DNA from: Octopus bimaculoides | Taxonomy: Eukaryota | Direction: 5' to 3' | DNA length: 55,277 nt | Assembly (NCBI RefSeq): GCF_001194135.2 | Contig: NC_068984.1 | Span: forward strand, 114,994,479 to 115,049,755 | Part shown: positions 1 through 11,940 of the stretch, piece after piece | Position numbering within the stretch: position 1 is the stretch's first letter | How the letters are laid out: every line of letters starts with the position of its first letter | Program-made: the position numbers and the translations under genes | Notes under the pieces: model-generated | Database searches by the model: none | What the model saw: the letters and a program-made list of their open reading frames with translations, nothing else | Told to the model about the DNA's origin: nothing

Positions 1-329
1 TCCGAGGTCCATATTTTTCTAACCCGATTTCTGTATTCCTTAGTAACACGTTCCTTGTTACAGGTACCTTCATATGATACGTTTTCATCTACTCCCAGGT
101 ATCTGTAGGATTCATCATCAGATATTGGAGAAACAGATAGGCCATTGATGGAGATGTTGTTAGGGTGGTTTTTAGCCTTTCCTCGTTCCACAACCATACA
201 TGAACATTTATCTTGGCCAAACTCTAGTCCTACATCACCAGAAAATGTTGTGACCAGGTCGAGGCTTTTTTTCATATCATCCATGTTCTTGGCATACAAT
301 TTCAAATCATCGACAAAGAAGCAGTGCGT
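1..329 (-). mobile_element. Non-LTR retrotransposon RT fragment, RLE-type (R4/Dong-like), 5'-truncated, runs off the window edge
   Basis: The minus strand reads open for about 109 codons: THCFFVDDLKLYAKNMDDMKKSLDLVTTFSGDVGLEFGQDKC...ESYRYLGVDEN...RVRKIWTS. This matches the (Y/F)xDD RT core plus the FGxxKC and YxYLG motifs of R4-like RTs. Homology stops at a (TACA)n tract. The ORF track missed it because it has no stop inside the window. Confidence 0.8.
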
Positions 330-370
330 GTATGTATGTATGTACGTATGTACGTACGTATGTATGTATG

Positions 371-400
<30 letters not shown>
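330..400. repeat. (GTAT)n microsatellite abutting the RT fragment
   Basis: Directly visible tetranucleotide run. Confidence 0.95.
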
Positions 401-401
<1 letters not shown>

Positions 402-1089
402 GGATATATTTTTAATTTTATAATTATCTTTATTTTTCGGATTGTTGTTGTCGGTGGCATTGAAAAAAGTGATAAGGAGACCCAAAGCGCATGACCGAGG
501 TTGCTAAGTTTAATGACATCTTTGGGATAGAAATGCCTTTAACTGTTCTTTAATTTACGTCACTCTTCTATCCGCCCTCGTTGATTGAGAGATCAGAGTC
601 CCACTCACTGTACATTTCTAAGATGTTGGTAATTCTGATTAGAAATGCCAATTGTTGACGATCTACTCATCGGTCAACATGTCACTGCTCGCTTATTTAT
701 TTGGTTTGCCTGATGAGTTGAGAGTTGCGAAACATATTACATAATCTTATGGATGTTCTGTATACCTCACTGTACTATGCTTACGTCACAAAAAAAGACT
801 CTTAAGGAAACAATTGTAGCAATACAAGATAACCCATTTATATATTTTTATTATGTTTTCAGGCCTCGCGTAAGGTTCCATTTATCATTGGATACTTTTG
901 GATAATATCGGAGTTGTGGATTATCTAACAACAGTGAATTTCCCTTCAATGATGCATTCTCTGCTATAATAATGAATTTACTTTACTGCCTATTTTGTGT
1001 TATTCTATCTGGCCAATTTGTGAAGTGCTTCACTTTGATATGTCTCGATCCTTTACGGAGGCCTATAATCACAAAGTTATACATAGATA

Positions 1090-1970
1090 TATACTTAGAC
1101 TGTAACACTGAAACAACAGCTGCAGCAGAGGAAAGAGACCAGTAACTATCGTGTCCAAGTTTGTGACCATTAAATCAACAACATGGGATAGCTAATGAAC
1201 TTGAGAAGACGTATGAAATAAGAGCTGATATAGATCTCTCCCCAAGGAGCATTGATAAAATCTATTTATCAGAACAACAGCAGAAAAAAATGGAGCAGTT
1301 CATGAGAAGATAGAACATGGGATTGATTATGTCAAAATCTTGGTATGGTGTACCAACAAGTTTATGATATCCCACTTTGAATGCTACATCATTGCAATCC
1401 ACGAGCAAGAGATTCCCACCAAATACCTACAGCATAAAAGGCAGAAAACGTTGACAGACAGCAAATGTAGGCCATGCAAAACCAAGAATGAAGACATCAA
1501 CCACATTATTGTCAGCTGTGAGCGAATGTTTTCCAGATATTATCTTCTTATGAGGCATAATGCAGTGGCCAAAACGGCCTGAAACACGATAACAAAAAAG
1601 AAAAATATTTACAAACGAAGTTAACTTTACTGAGACCGATGGGTCAAAAGAATATTGATGGAACTTAAAAATTTAAACGTGGGACCACAAAGTAAAGATA
1701 TGCTCCATTGTGGAAATCAGCCGCCCTTTCGACAACAATGAGGTTAGAAAACTACAAGAAGAGGACATCTACAGACCATTGATAAAGAGTTTGCAAATCC
1801 AGTACCGAAGATACACTTTCAGCTTCATACTTATTTTGGAGAAACAGGATACATACTAACTCGCCTGGAGCAAAGTATGGCTGAACTTGGAATCCTAGAG
1901 AGAGAATGCAAATCTTTAATTGATATGAGACTATAAAAATCTGCAAGACCTTCTTAAGATTTAAGGAATG
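1090..1970 (+). mobile_element. Decayed RLE non-LTR retrotransposon C-terminus (CCHC knuckle plus restriction-like endonuclease), R4/Dong-like
   Basis: SHFECYIIAIHEQEIPTKYL...CRPCKTKNEDINHIIVSC...RHNAVAK (CCHC knuckle and RHN motif), then WDHKVKICSIVEISRPFDNN...YRPLIKSLQIQY (RLE region), ending KICKTFLRFKE*. Several stops and frameshifts. Confidence 0.75.
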
Positions 1971-2324
1971 ATGTTTAGGACAAAATACTTTTTTCCACAA
2001 CCTTGCTACCAAGTCAGTGGCCGATCAAAATGTTATGTGCCTTTACGTAATTAAAATTATTTTTCTGGTACAACACAATGTCGAGTATTTGTAAGAATGA
2101 GTGCTTCGATTAGATCGTACAGGGCACGGCTTTCCTGTTTTATTTTATCGATACTGTAAAGGTGACAATCAAAGTTGACTCCAGTGGCATTTGAACTCCG
2201 AACGAGATTGCTGTTGAGTTATTCGATGATATAGCGGAATGCACGAACGCACCAACGATCATAAGTACAAACCTAAATTTTAAATTTAGAAGCTGTACAT
2301 TTCAAAGCTGTTGTCAAATAATAT

Positions 2325-2374
<50 letters not shown>

Positions 2375-2377
<3 letters not shown>

Positions 2378-3947
2378 GTAGAAAGTGGGTTATACATCTT
2401 TAGATTGTATACCTGACTTTCTACTATAAAATTAAAGAAATTGACAGAACGCTGAACTCCAGACTAAACAANNNNNNNNNNNNNNNNNNNNNNNNNNNNN
2501 NNNNNNNNNNNNNNNNNNNNNNNNNNNNNNNNNNNNNNNNNNNNNNNNNNNNNNNNNNNNNNNNNNNNNNNNNNNNNNNNNNNNNNNNNNNNNNNNNNNN
2601 NNNNNNNNNNNNNNNNNNNNNNNNNNNNNNNNNNNNNNNNNNNNNNNNNNNNNNNNNNNNNNNNNNNNNNNNNNNNNNNNNNNNNNNNNNNNNNNNNNNN
2701 NNNNNNNNNNNNNNNNNNNNNNNNNNNNNNNNNNNNNNNNNNNNNNNNNNNNNNNNNNNNNNNNNNNNNNNNNNNNNNNNNNNNNNNNNNNNNNNNNNNN
2801 NNNNNNNNNNNNNNNNNNNNNNNNNNNNNNNNNNNNNNNNNNNNNNNNNNNNNNNNNNNNNNNNNNNNNNNNNNNNNNNNNNNNNNNNNNNNNNNNNNNN
2901 NNNNNNNNNNNNNNNNNNNNNNNNNNNNNNNNNNNNNNNNNNNNNNNNNNNNNNNNNNNNNNNNNNNNNNNNNNNNNNNNNNNNNNNNNNNNNNNNNNNN
3001 NNNNNNNNNNNNNNNNNNNNNNNNNNNNNNNNNNNNNNNNNNNNNNNNNNNNNNNNNNNNNNNNNNNNNNNNNNNNNNNNNNNNNNNNNNNNNNNNNNNN
3101 NNNNNNNNNNNNNNNNNNNNNNNNNNNNNNNNNNNNNNNNNNNNNNNNNNNNNNNNNNNNNNNNNNNNNNNNNNNNNNNNNNNNNNNNNNNNNNNNNNNN
3201 NNNNNNNNNNNNNNNNNNNNNNNNNNNNNNNGTAATTGATAGTAGTAATTGTTGTCGTCACGGTGGTAATCTTGGTTGGCGCACGACGCTGGTGGCGAAA
3301 AGGCTGTTTGGTGATGAGTGTTTGAAAAGGTACGCTTTTACAGAACGATCGACAGACAAAATCTCTGTACGACCATTAGCGAAAACCTCGAAGAAAAATT
3401 TTCTTAACCCAAGATGAAAGAACGACCGTGCGAAATGAACAACAAGAGTTATTGTGTGGCATAAAAGATGTATGTGTAATGTGAGAGTGTGAAATGCGAC
3501 ATATAAAAACATAAAAAGCAGGCCGTAAATCCTGTCTGTTTTACGTGAGTGGAAAAAATCCACTCTAACAGAGACCAGAATAAAAACCGCGCTTGTTGAG
3601 TCGTGTTGACTATGTTTGGAGATGTTGGTAATGAGTCAGTCTCCATGGCCGTATTTGTTCTTTAGTCGAGGTTCACCAGTTATAAGTTGGTAGTCCAGAG
3701 TCCATGCTGCGTTTTTTCTTCGTCGGGGGTCACCACTTTAGTAGAAAGTGGGTTATACATCTTTAGATTGTATACCTGACTTTCTACTATAAAATTAAAG
3801 AAATAGACGGAACGCTGAACTCCAGACTAAACAACTTAAACATTTATTTACTTGGTAAAACATACAAATCTGGCCAGCGAGAAAGAGAATGAATTGAGCG
3901 GGAAACGCTTGCTTGTTTAATTCTACGCATGCGCAGGCGTTACTACA
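2375..3947 (-). mobile_element. Small internally deleted Ty3/Gypsy-type LTR retroelement inserted in a (TA)n tract
   Basis: 5' LTR of about 210 bp (3947 to 3737, begins TGTAGTAAC, contains AATAAA), followed by a PBS. The 3' LTR end at 2375-2471 matches it with 2 substitutions over about 97 bp before entering an N gap. The internal part has an integrase C-terminal-like motif (KFFFEVFANGRTEILSVDRSVKAYL, cf. the NG..VS.DRLKPAYL consensus). (TA)n lies on both sides. Confidence 0.8.
3721..3735 (-). other. Primer-binding site complementary to the tRNA-Trp 3' end
   Basis: The minus strand reads TGGTGACCCCCGACG a few nt after the LTR end. Eukaryotic tRNA-Trp ends ...CACGUCGGGGUCACCA; this copy has one extra C. 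Confidence 0.8.
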
Positions 3948-3958
3948 TATATATATAT

Positions 3959-4130
3959 ATGGGGGGGGGATTCACAAAAGAAAACAACAAAAGACGAAGA
4001 CAGGTGGTGTAGAAAACAAACAGGTGTATTAGCTCGGGAAGTGAAAAAGTCTCTAACGTTTCGAGCCTACGCTCTTCCACAGAAAGGAACACAGAAAGAA
4101 ACAAGGAGAGAAAAAAAGGAGAGAAAAAAA
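3959..4130 (-). mobile_element. Penelope-like terminal repeat fragment with a degenerate hammerhead-like motif
   Basis: Minus strand ...GGAAGAGCGTAGGCTCGAAACGTTAGAG...; the CGAAACGT signature is typical of Penelope pseudo-LTR ends. No ORF; assignment by motif only. Confidence 0.4.
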
Positions 4131-4160
4131 ATATATGTATGTATGTATGTATGTATGTGT

Positions 4161-4530
4161 GGAGGCGCAATGGCCTAGAGGTTAGGGCAGCGGATTCGCG
4201 GTCATAGGATCGCGGTTTCGATTCCCCGACCGGGCGTTGTGAGTGTTTATTGAGCGAAAATACCTAAAGCTCCACGAGGCTCCGGCAGGGGATGGTGGCG
4301 AACCCTGCTGTACTCTTTCACCACAACTTTCTCACACTCTTCCTGTTTCTGTTATGCCTGTAATTCAAAGGGTCAGCCTTGTCACACTGAATATCCCCGA
4401 GAACTACGTTAAGGGTACACGTGTCTGTGGAGTGCTCAGCCACTTGCACGTTAATTTCACGAGCAGGCTGTTCCGTTGGTCGGATCAACTGGAACCCTCG
4501 ACGTCGTAAGCGACGGAGTGCCAACAACAA
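4161..4530 (+). mobile_element. tRNA-derived SINE (family A), full length
   Basis: tRNA-like head GGAGGCGCAATGGCCTAGAGGTTAG (A box) ... GGTTTCGATTCC (B box), body, and a (CAA)n tail. CpGs are retained. The same head recurs at 23878. Confidence 0.85.
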
Positions 4531-5618
4531 TGTATGTATGTATGTATATGTCTGTCGGTCTGTCTATCTATCTATTTATCTATCTATCTATCCATATCAT
4601 TGTTATATGCAAACACATCGTACACTGTGATTTAACACAGTACATCTGTAACAGATATTATCTCTCGACGAATACCGTAGTTAACTTGGCTTTCTGTAAT
4701 TCATTTGATATAAGTATGATACACTGGTCACTTTCTAATCTAATACTGCTTCTGTTGCTTATAACGAATTTTTATTCAGCCAGACAACTAATTGCAACAT
4801 CAGTGATTTTTCAATCACTGTTTTTCTACGTCAATGATGATGGATTTTGTCTTAGCACGCAGTTGTCAGTTGGTACGTGCCGTTGACGAAGCTCAAGAAG
4901 ACAGAAATGTACATCTATTACTCTTGCCACCGCTGCTGTGCGATTTTCGTCCGCTGCTGATATATTTTTGTGTTATTAAGACAATTCGTTCATAAGAGAT
5001 ACTATTTCCAGACGACTACTACAGTTAATTTAGCTTTTCGTGATGTATTTATATTAAGTATGATACTTAGACCGCTATTCTCTTTATCGTTGATGTCGAA
5101 AAGATAAAAACAATTCCTAAACAGCTAATCTCTAAAACTCACTATAATTTTCATTTTGTATCTGAAGTGTTTTAGGTCTCATGAGTTATAACAGTAACAA
5201 AACTAGTCATTTCGATCCTCATTGTATCCAAAGCTCCATTTCACCACAAAGCTAAATATATGGTCGTTAAACAAATGAATATGAATTATTAAACACATCT
5301 ATTTATAATTCAGACTGCTTACACTTTGTTTCCATTATGGTCTAGCATTCTAGGTTGTGTATTGTACTAGCAGTATCAAACCGGATATGCAAGTGATACT
5401 TGTATGTTGGAGATACTTGGACTTTGAAGAGGTCAACAAATGATCAGGAAAAGTCAGTGAAGTATTTTTTGAGTCTGGGCAGAAAACCTAGTCTTTGACA
5501 CACGCACACGCACGCACACACAATTACACACTCATACACGTAAGATTGCCATGATAGATCCTCATAAATTGTTAAGCCCAGCAAGTGTAGTGGCTTTTAA
5601 GTATTAAGTATTTTATCG

Positions 5619-5915
5619 CTGGGGGTTTCAAACTTTTTGACTTGCGGACCCCTTTATATTTCAGGCTTTACCTTAGGGACCCCCTTATAAACGCTTATGA
5701 AATTTATACATAAATATTTGCTTAAAATAACATATATTTTTGCATTTATTTATTTAACAGTATTTAACAAATAGGTTTATTGTCGATTAAAAGATTTCGA
5801 TAAAAATCATATATAAAATCAAATTGCCCATAAAAAGTATTTGCTGTCTACGGACCCCCCTGTCTTGTCCTTGCGGACCCACTGTGGTCCGCGGACCACA
5901 GTTTGAAACCCCCTG
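5619..5915. mobile_element. hAT-type MITE with a perfect 8-bp TSD
   Basis: TIRs CTGGGGGTTTCAAACT / AGTTTGAAACCCCCTG; TSD TTTTATCG at 5611-5618 and 5916-5923; second copy at 28342. Confidence 0.92.
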
Positions 5916-6614
5916 TTTTATCGTATAGTATTAAACTCTCTTCTTTAGGACCCGTTTGTTTCAAGAAACAATGGAGTTTTTCCCGTTGGTCAGCAAGTCG
6001 AAGTTAGTTGCGCAGAGATTCTAAGTTGCACAGCGATCAGAATTCCCGTCTCAGCTTCTCTAGTGTGTTCCAAATAGTGCAGAACAGTATGTTTGGCATC
6101 TGTTTGGCTGCAGGAAGAGTGTCGAGATGAATATCAGACCGTCTTGGGGGAAGGAGAAGGGCGCATTTTGAGGTTTTACTTCATAGCCTTTCTGTCTTAT
6201 AAAGTAGTGAAGCTGTCTACTTATAGCTGGGGATTTGTGATCCTGGACAGAGGTCCTGACTAGGCACTGTCAGTCAGAGTCAAAATTGCATGGATATAAG
6301 GTAAACCCCACCACCACCGCCACCATCAACAAGACACCACCTCTCTCCCCAAAAAACGCATGCACATTATTAAACCAAGTTAGAGGCAATCAATTGTTTT
6401 TTTTTTTAGAAATATTGACCAATATAAATATTAAACAAAAAATTGAGGTGCAGCGTAGTGAGTGTGCACCGCGACAATACGTGTTTGCTGTAGTCGAAGG
6501 CGTGTTGAAATTTAAGGGAGGGCGTGACTAATTTAGCAAACGCTCAAGTTGATAAAAGACATGCTACGGCGTTGACAAAAAGTCAAAATAATATTTACAT
6601 CACACCATCTATAT

Positions 6615-6899
6615 CAGTGGTTCCCGAAGTGGGCGGTATTGCCCCTTTGTGTGCGGTGGAAAAATCCAGCGGGGCGTTGAAGAAAAATGGGATGATAATA
6701 GGGTGGCCAAAAGGGGGCAATGGATGTAACCCTCCCCCAATAATGGATTAATTAGGTTTAATTTTATTTGTGAAATACAGTTGTTTTGAATTTGCTGCAG
6801 GAAGTGGTCTAGGTTTGTGATGGTGAGTGAAGTGGGGGCGCTAGGAATATGACCTGCGTGTCAAGGGGGCGGTTGACTGAAAAAGTTTGAGAAGTACTG
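6615..6899. mobile_element. hAT-type MITE (second family) with a perfect 8-bp TSD
   Basis: Ends CAGTGGTTCCCGAA ... TTTGAGAAGTACTG; TSD ATCTATAT at 6607-6614 and 6900-6907. Confidence 0.88.
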
Positions 6900-8566
6900 A
6901 TCTATATAATCAATTTCGGAGGGGTACGCAAAAGTCTTGAGCAATGTCCCTTTCTACAGACTAAACTATAAACGGTATAATGGTATCAATAAAGACTAAA
7001 ACAGTCTAATGGAAAAGTTCATAACTTATAATTATTTATAGAGTAGCTCAAAGATAACCTTAAAAATGACAATATCAAAGATTTAGTTTTCATCAATCAC
7101 AAATAATAGGAATCTCGACAGACACAAGTTTCTCTCTCCTCTCTCTTTCTATCTGTTAACTGCATGTCTGGCTATCTGTCTGTCGTTCGTAATGTAACTT
7201 GATACAGGGATATATTTAGTTCTGTATTCCGTCGTTCTTTAACTCAGTTTTAAATAAATTCTTCGAACACAATAATCGAAATTTTAGGCCTATGTAAATG
7301 GGAAGTGGTGACCTACATGTCTTTGCGAAGGACACCACCGTTTGTAAATGATGTGTAATTTCCCTAAGGGAGAATCAAAACTAATACGCGAAGAGCCAGC
7401 TTATTATACTCTACAGCGTCAAATTTATGCAAAATGAATGAACAAAAATGGTGAGACTTATAAGGGAAGGGAAACGAAATGGCTGTCAAGGGCATTAAAC
7501 GATCTAAATACGCAACGGTTCCAAAGAAAAGAAAGAAAACAGAAAAAAAAGCTTCCAATGTAAACAAAGATTAAATCTTAAGAGTTGAATGAATTTTCTT
7601 GATTACTTCTGATGATTGTCAGTGATAACTGTTGGATGATCGGGTAATCAAGTATCGTTAGAATTCCCAGTTATGGGTTTCTGCCAGTTCATTACGTTAC
7701 CAGAATAAAATATTTTCAATCCCTCTCGTCGATTACATTTAAACGTTCCGTAGAGTGTGACTATCATGATCACTAGGGGAGGAAATGTAGCTGCACATGA
7801 CTAGTCTACACAAGCTTGCAGCTCTGCACAGTAGTAAGGATCGTTTCCAGACTATCTCCATAGATGGTAACTAGCTTCTTGAGACAATCGTTTGTTTTGA
7901 CTCCTTCTTTTACTCAAACATTGAAATGAAACAAAATAATCAAATAACCACCCAAAACAAAGAAAGTTTTGTCAGCTGGGTGGCTCTCTAGTCAAGGGAA
8001 GTAATTCTGAAGTCAACCCCCGCAAGTGACTTTATTTCGCTTGAATTTCGATCATGTTTTGCAGCTGGAATCGACCAGCGCCGATACATTATATGAAAGG
8101 AAGGTCTGTTTGTGCTTGGATTATGTTGATCTAGGATAAAGACGTTTACCACGACATATCTTTACACTGTAGTGGTATTTTTTTTTTTTGATATATATTT
8201 ATCTTGATATTAGTTTTTATGTAAGCTTTACATGACCACTTTCACAACAGGTAAGTTGAGAGCAAGTTTACGTGTACGTGCTTGCATGTATATCATATAT
8301 GAATACAGAAACACACACACACACACACACACACGTGTGGTTACTTCTATATAATTAATTGAATGACAGTGGTGGAGGTGGGATCATCTTTCGCTAAGCA
8401 TGTCATCAAAATGGAACGTGTGATGTTTATACAAACAGGGTGTTTCCGTCATTCCAAAACAAAAACAATTCACATATATGTGTGTGTCTCGTTTCTCTCT
8501 CTCTCTCTCTCTNNNNNNNNNNNNNNNNNNNNNNNNNNNNNNNNNNNNNNNNNNNNNNNNNNNNNN

Positions 8567-8601
<35 letters not shown>

Positions 8602-9006
8602 GTGTGTGTGTGTGTATGAGCGAGAGAGAAAGAAATAGATGGGTGCCGTAATTCGAAAACAACAATCATTGTATATAAATCTGAGGGTACTAGTCTATCT
8701 ATGAGAAATACTGATCGTAAATTTGACAGCCCGAAATGATCGATAGATATAGTTTACATACTAAGAGGTGGGGGACATATATATGCCTCATTTTGATATG
8801 TATTGCAGTCTGTGGCAAACCAATACAGTTGTTTTTGTTTACTATGCCACTCTAACCCGTTTTCACTTTATCGACTGTGTCAATATGTGTGTACGAAAAC
8901 ACCCAAGTAATGCGCATTTATTAATTTGGTTTAACCATATTTCAACTGCGGGAATTTAAAACTATGTCAACAAATGAATATATATACATACATGCGCCAT
9001 ACATTT

Positions 9007-9066
<60 letters not shown>

Positions 9067-10134
9067 ATGTATGTATATAAACTATAGTTACGCAACAATA
9101 CCAGTTTCTCTTGTTTGGTTAGTATCCATGAAATTAAAGTACTTAGAGAAAATAATTACTGGAAAGAATATCTAAGGTGCCTTTTGCATGTAATATATAT
9201 AGTTAAGTTGTCTGTCGCTCACTATATTAAGCATCTTAATATCGTTTTAATTATTTTGCTTGTATAATCTGCTTCTTACTTATAATGAGGTCTTTCTACA
9301 TTCAGCTACGTTCATTCGTTCGTTGACACTGGTTTTAATTTCTGTAATTAAGGCATTTTAACTCATATCTGTTGATAAAATGAAAATAATTAAAACACTA
9401 GGATGTGTGCCCCGAGTTAAACTATATGTACGATGTTTCTGCTTCGATTTATTTTTGAACGACATACCCAACTCATCCGCCAGTTGAGAATAATATAACA
9501 CAGTTTAAGATTAGCATCAGGTAGTGTGTGTGTGTCTGTGAAATGTGGCAGAATCTCGTATCTCATCATTAGCGAACTGTATTTATTTGATTGTCAATCA
9601 GGCTGTGGCTGTATTGATGAGTAACGATTTCAAGACTATTATCATAAACCGTGTTAGTCACTCATCCTTCTACATCCTATCGATCTTCCTTGGTTTAGCT
9701 TTTTAATCGTTACAAAAATTAAAATGCTCCCTTTCCTATATATTTGTACACATACACACACACACACACACACATGATGTATATTTGCAGTGTTTATCTT
9801 CGGTAACAGCAAGATCGAATTTCAATCTTGAAAAGCATCATGTGATATGATGTGATAGATAGAGAAACCGGGAGTTTTTAAAGGGGAGGATTTGAGAGAG
9901 AGAGAGAGAGTATTATGTTATGTGGCCCATAAATCTGAAAATATTCCGAATGTTCTTACATATTCAAAATATCTACAGATTGAAACNNNNNNNNNNTATA
10001 TATATATATATATATATATATGTATCGTGTCTTTACAATTTGGTATTTTAAAGTATACTTTAAAATTATACTGTAAAAGTCGCCTGTCTATTTCTCATAC
10101 GTTACAATAATAATTGTTTGTAATTTAGGCGCGT

Positions 10135-11175
10135 GGTCAGCAATTTTGATGGGGTGGAGGTTACTCGAGTACTTCGATTCCAATAATGAACCAGTACTTA
10201 ATTTCACCGAACCCCACTGGGATAAAAGGTAACGTTAACTTATGTGAGCTTTGAATACAGAACAAGCACAAATACCATAAGACATTCTGTTCGACGCCCT
10301 AACGATTCTGCTAACCCACCGTCCTTAATATTTGTTTCCAAAGTAGGCACAAAAGCCATAAACTTAAGGAGAGATGAAATGCCATTAAATCGATCTCAGT
10401 ACCTTATTGGCACTTTATTTTATCGAACTCAGAAGGATGAAAGGCAAAGTTAACCTTGGCGGGATTTGAACTAAGAACATAAAGGCACATTTTGCCGAAC
10501 ACACTAACAACACAAACAGTTGATCACCCTTAGAATAATTTTTAACAGCCACAAGGTTATAAATTTGAAGGGAGGGGGCCAGTCGATTAAATCGATCTTA
10601 TATATGACTGGTAATCTATTTTATAGATGACCCTAGGAGTGTGGAAGATAGGGTAGACTTTAGCAGGATTTGTACTCAGAGCATAAAGAGCCTGAACCAA
10701 TGAAAGACATTTTGTTCGATGTTCCAACAATTTTGCCAGTCATGGTTTCTAATTTAGACACAAAGCCGACAATTTTGAGGAGAGGAGCTTTGTCAGTACC
10801 AACAGTTCCAGTACTTGACTGGTCTTTAATTTTATTGACTTTCGGAGGATGAAAGGCAAAGTTAACGTCAATGGGATTTGAACTCAGACTGTAAAGAGTA
10901 GGAACTGCAAGGCATTTTCCCGATGTACTAACGATTGTTTTTGCCTTTTCTTTTTTTTTTTTTTTTTTGTCCACTGATTCTACCAATCCACGAACTTGAA
11001 AAATAATAGTAATTTTTAATTTAGGCTCAAAGCCAAGAATTTTGAGGATAGGAAGTTCACCAGTTAAACTGAATCCAGTGCTTAACTGCCATTGTATTTT
11101 ACCAATGATAACTCAAATTGAGCCTTGGTGGGATTTGGAAATCAGATCAAATACCACAAGGCATTTTATCCAATT
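10135..11175 (-). mobile_element. Cluster of about 5 decayed family C SINE copies in reverse orientation
   Basis: Repeated reverse-complement cores (GATGAAAGGCAAAGTTAAC...GGATTTGAACT) at about 10220, 10440, 10850 and 11130, plus degraded pieces. Boundaries approximate. Confidence 0.7.
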
Positions 11176-11882
11176 TCCTCTGTTTGTTTTCCGTATAATT
11201 TTCCATACTAACATAGGTTAGATGAATACATTATTGTGGCATTATTTTAACAGCTGGATGCCTTTCCTGTTGCTACCCTTACCTGTTTTTCAAGTAAGGG
11301 GATTCTCTTATTTCACACATCTCTAAAGGTGCAAAGAAAGCAGACAATTTGTTGACAGAAGTGACAGCAACATCACTCATAGTCAGCAACTTTTGTAGAA
11401 CACAAATATAATGCTTATTCACAAACACACACATACATGATATTTATATTACTGGCTTCTTTTAGTTTCTATCTACCAAATTCACTGATAAAGCTTTGTT
11501 AGAGTTGGGCTATAGGAGAAGACATTTACCCAAAGTGTCATAAAGTGGGACTGAACCTGAAACTATATGGTTCCTGCATTTAACAATTCTGCCTAATTGA
11601 TGTTGTTAATGATGATGATAATTTCTCATAACTGGAGTGGATAGCCAGGTCATGCCCCAAATAATACACAAAAAATATTACAATATCATTGTCACAAAAG
11701 CTTACTGAATATAGAAGGTTGTTTTCATTGTTGTGAGTATAAGACAACTAACCTACTGTTACACCCATTAACTTCTAATATAAAACTGTATTTGCTATAA
11801 TTCTGTATTTTTCAATTTTTAAGGAGTGGATTTAATATATATATATATATATATACATATAGGCCATTGGCCTACAAGTCTC

Positions 11883-11940
11883 AGGGTCTGAAGATATGCC
11901 ATAAAGGTACCCTTTATGGCGAGAAACCCAAAGTAACCTT
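11883..11940 (+). ncRNA. Type I hammerhead ribozyme motif in a Penelope-like 3' terminal fragment
   Basis: Stem I AGGGT/ACCTT; core CTGAAGA (11888-11894); stem II GCCATAAAGG/CCTTTATGGC (10 bp perfect, closed by T-A and T.G pairs with a bulged A); GAAA; stem III AC/GT with a CCAAA loop; cleavage triplet GUA (A11935). An AATAAA follows about 85 nt downstream. Confidence 0.65.

Noticed and set aside
710-733. CTGATGA...CGAAAC hammerhead-like spacing
   Set aside because: Stem II has only one good pair and no stem I partner was found; a relic at best.
865-1075. Minus-strand KGSRHIKVKHFTNWPD, resembling a tyrosine-phosphatase WPD loop
   Set aside because: An in-frame stop follows within 8 codons, there is no usable donor, and no other PTP motif is nearby; chance or a decayed repeat.
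3232-3947. CpG-rich block with an NRF1-like motif and ORFs 3258..3563 and 3449..3646, first read as a host promoter and first exon
   Set aside because: Better explained as the LTR, PBS and integrase relic of a retroelement.
4161-4235. tRNA-like sequence (also at 21224, 23878 and 41953)
   Set aside because: These are SINE heads with no complete cloverleaf, and they continue into SINE bodies.
4839-4992. Short ORF MDFVLARSCQLVRAVDEAQEDRN... in CpG-rich sequence
   Set aside because: No recognisable homology and only a weak donor; cannot be supported as an exon.
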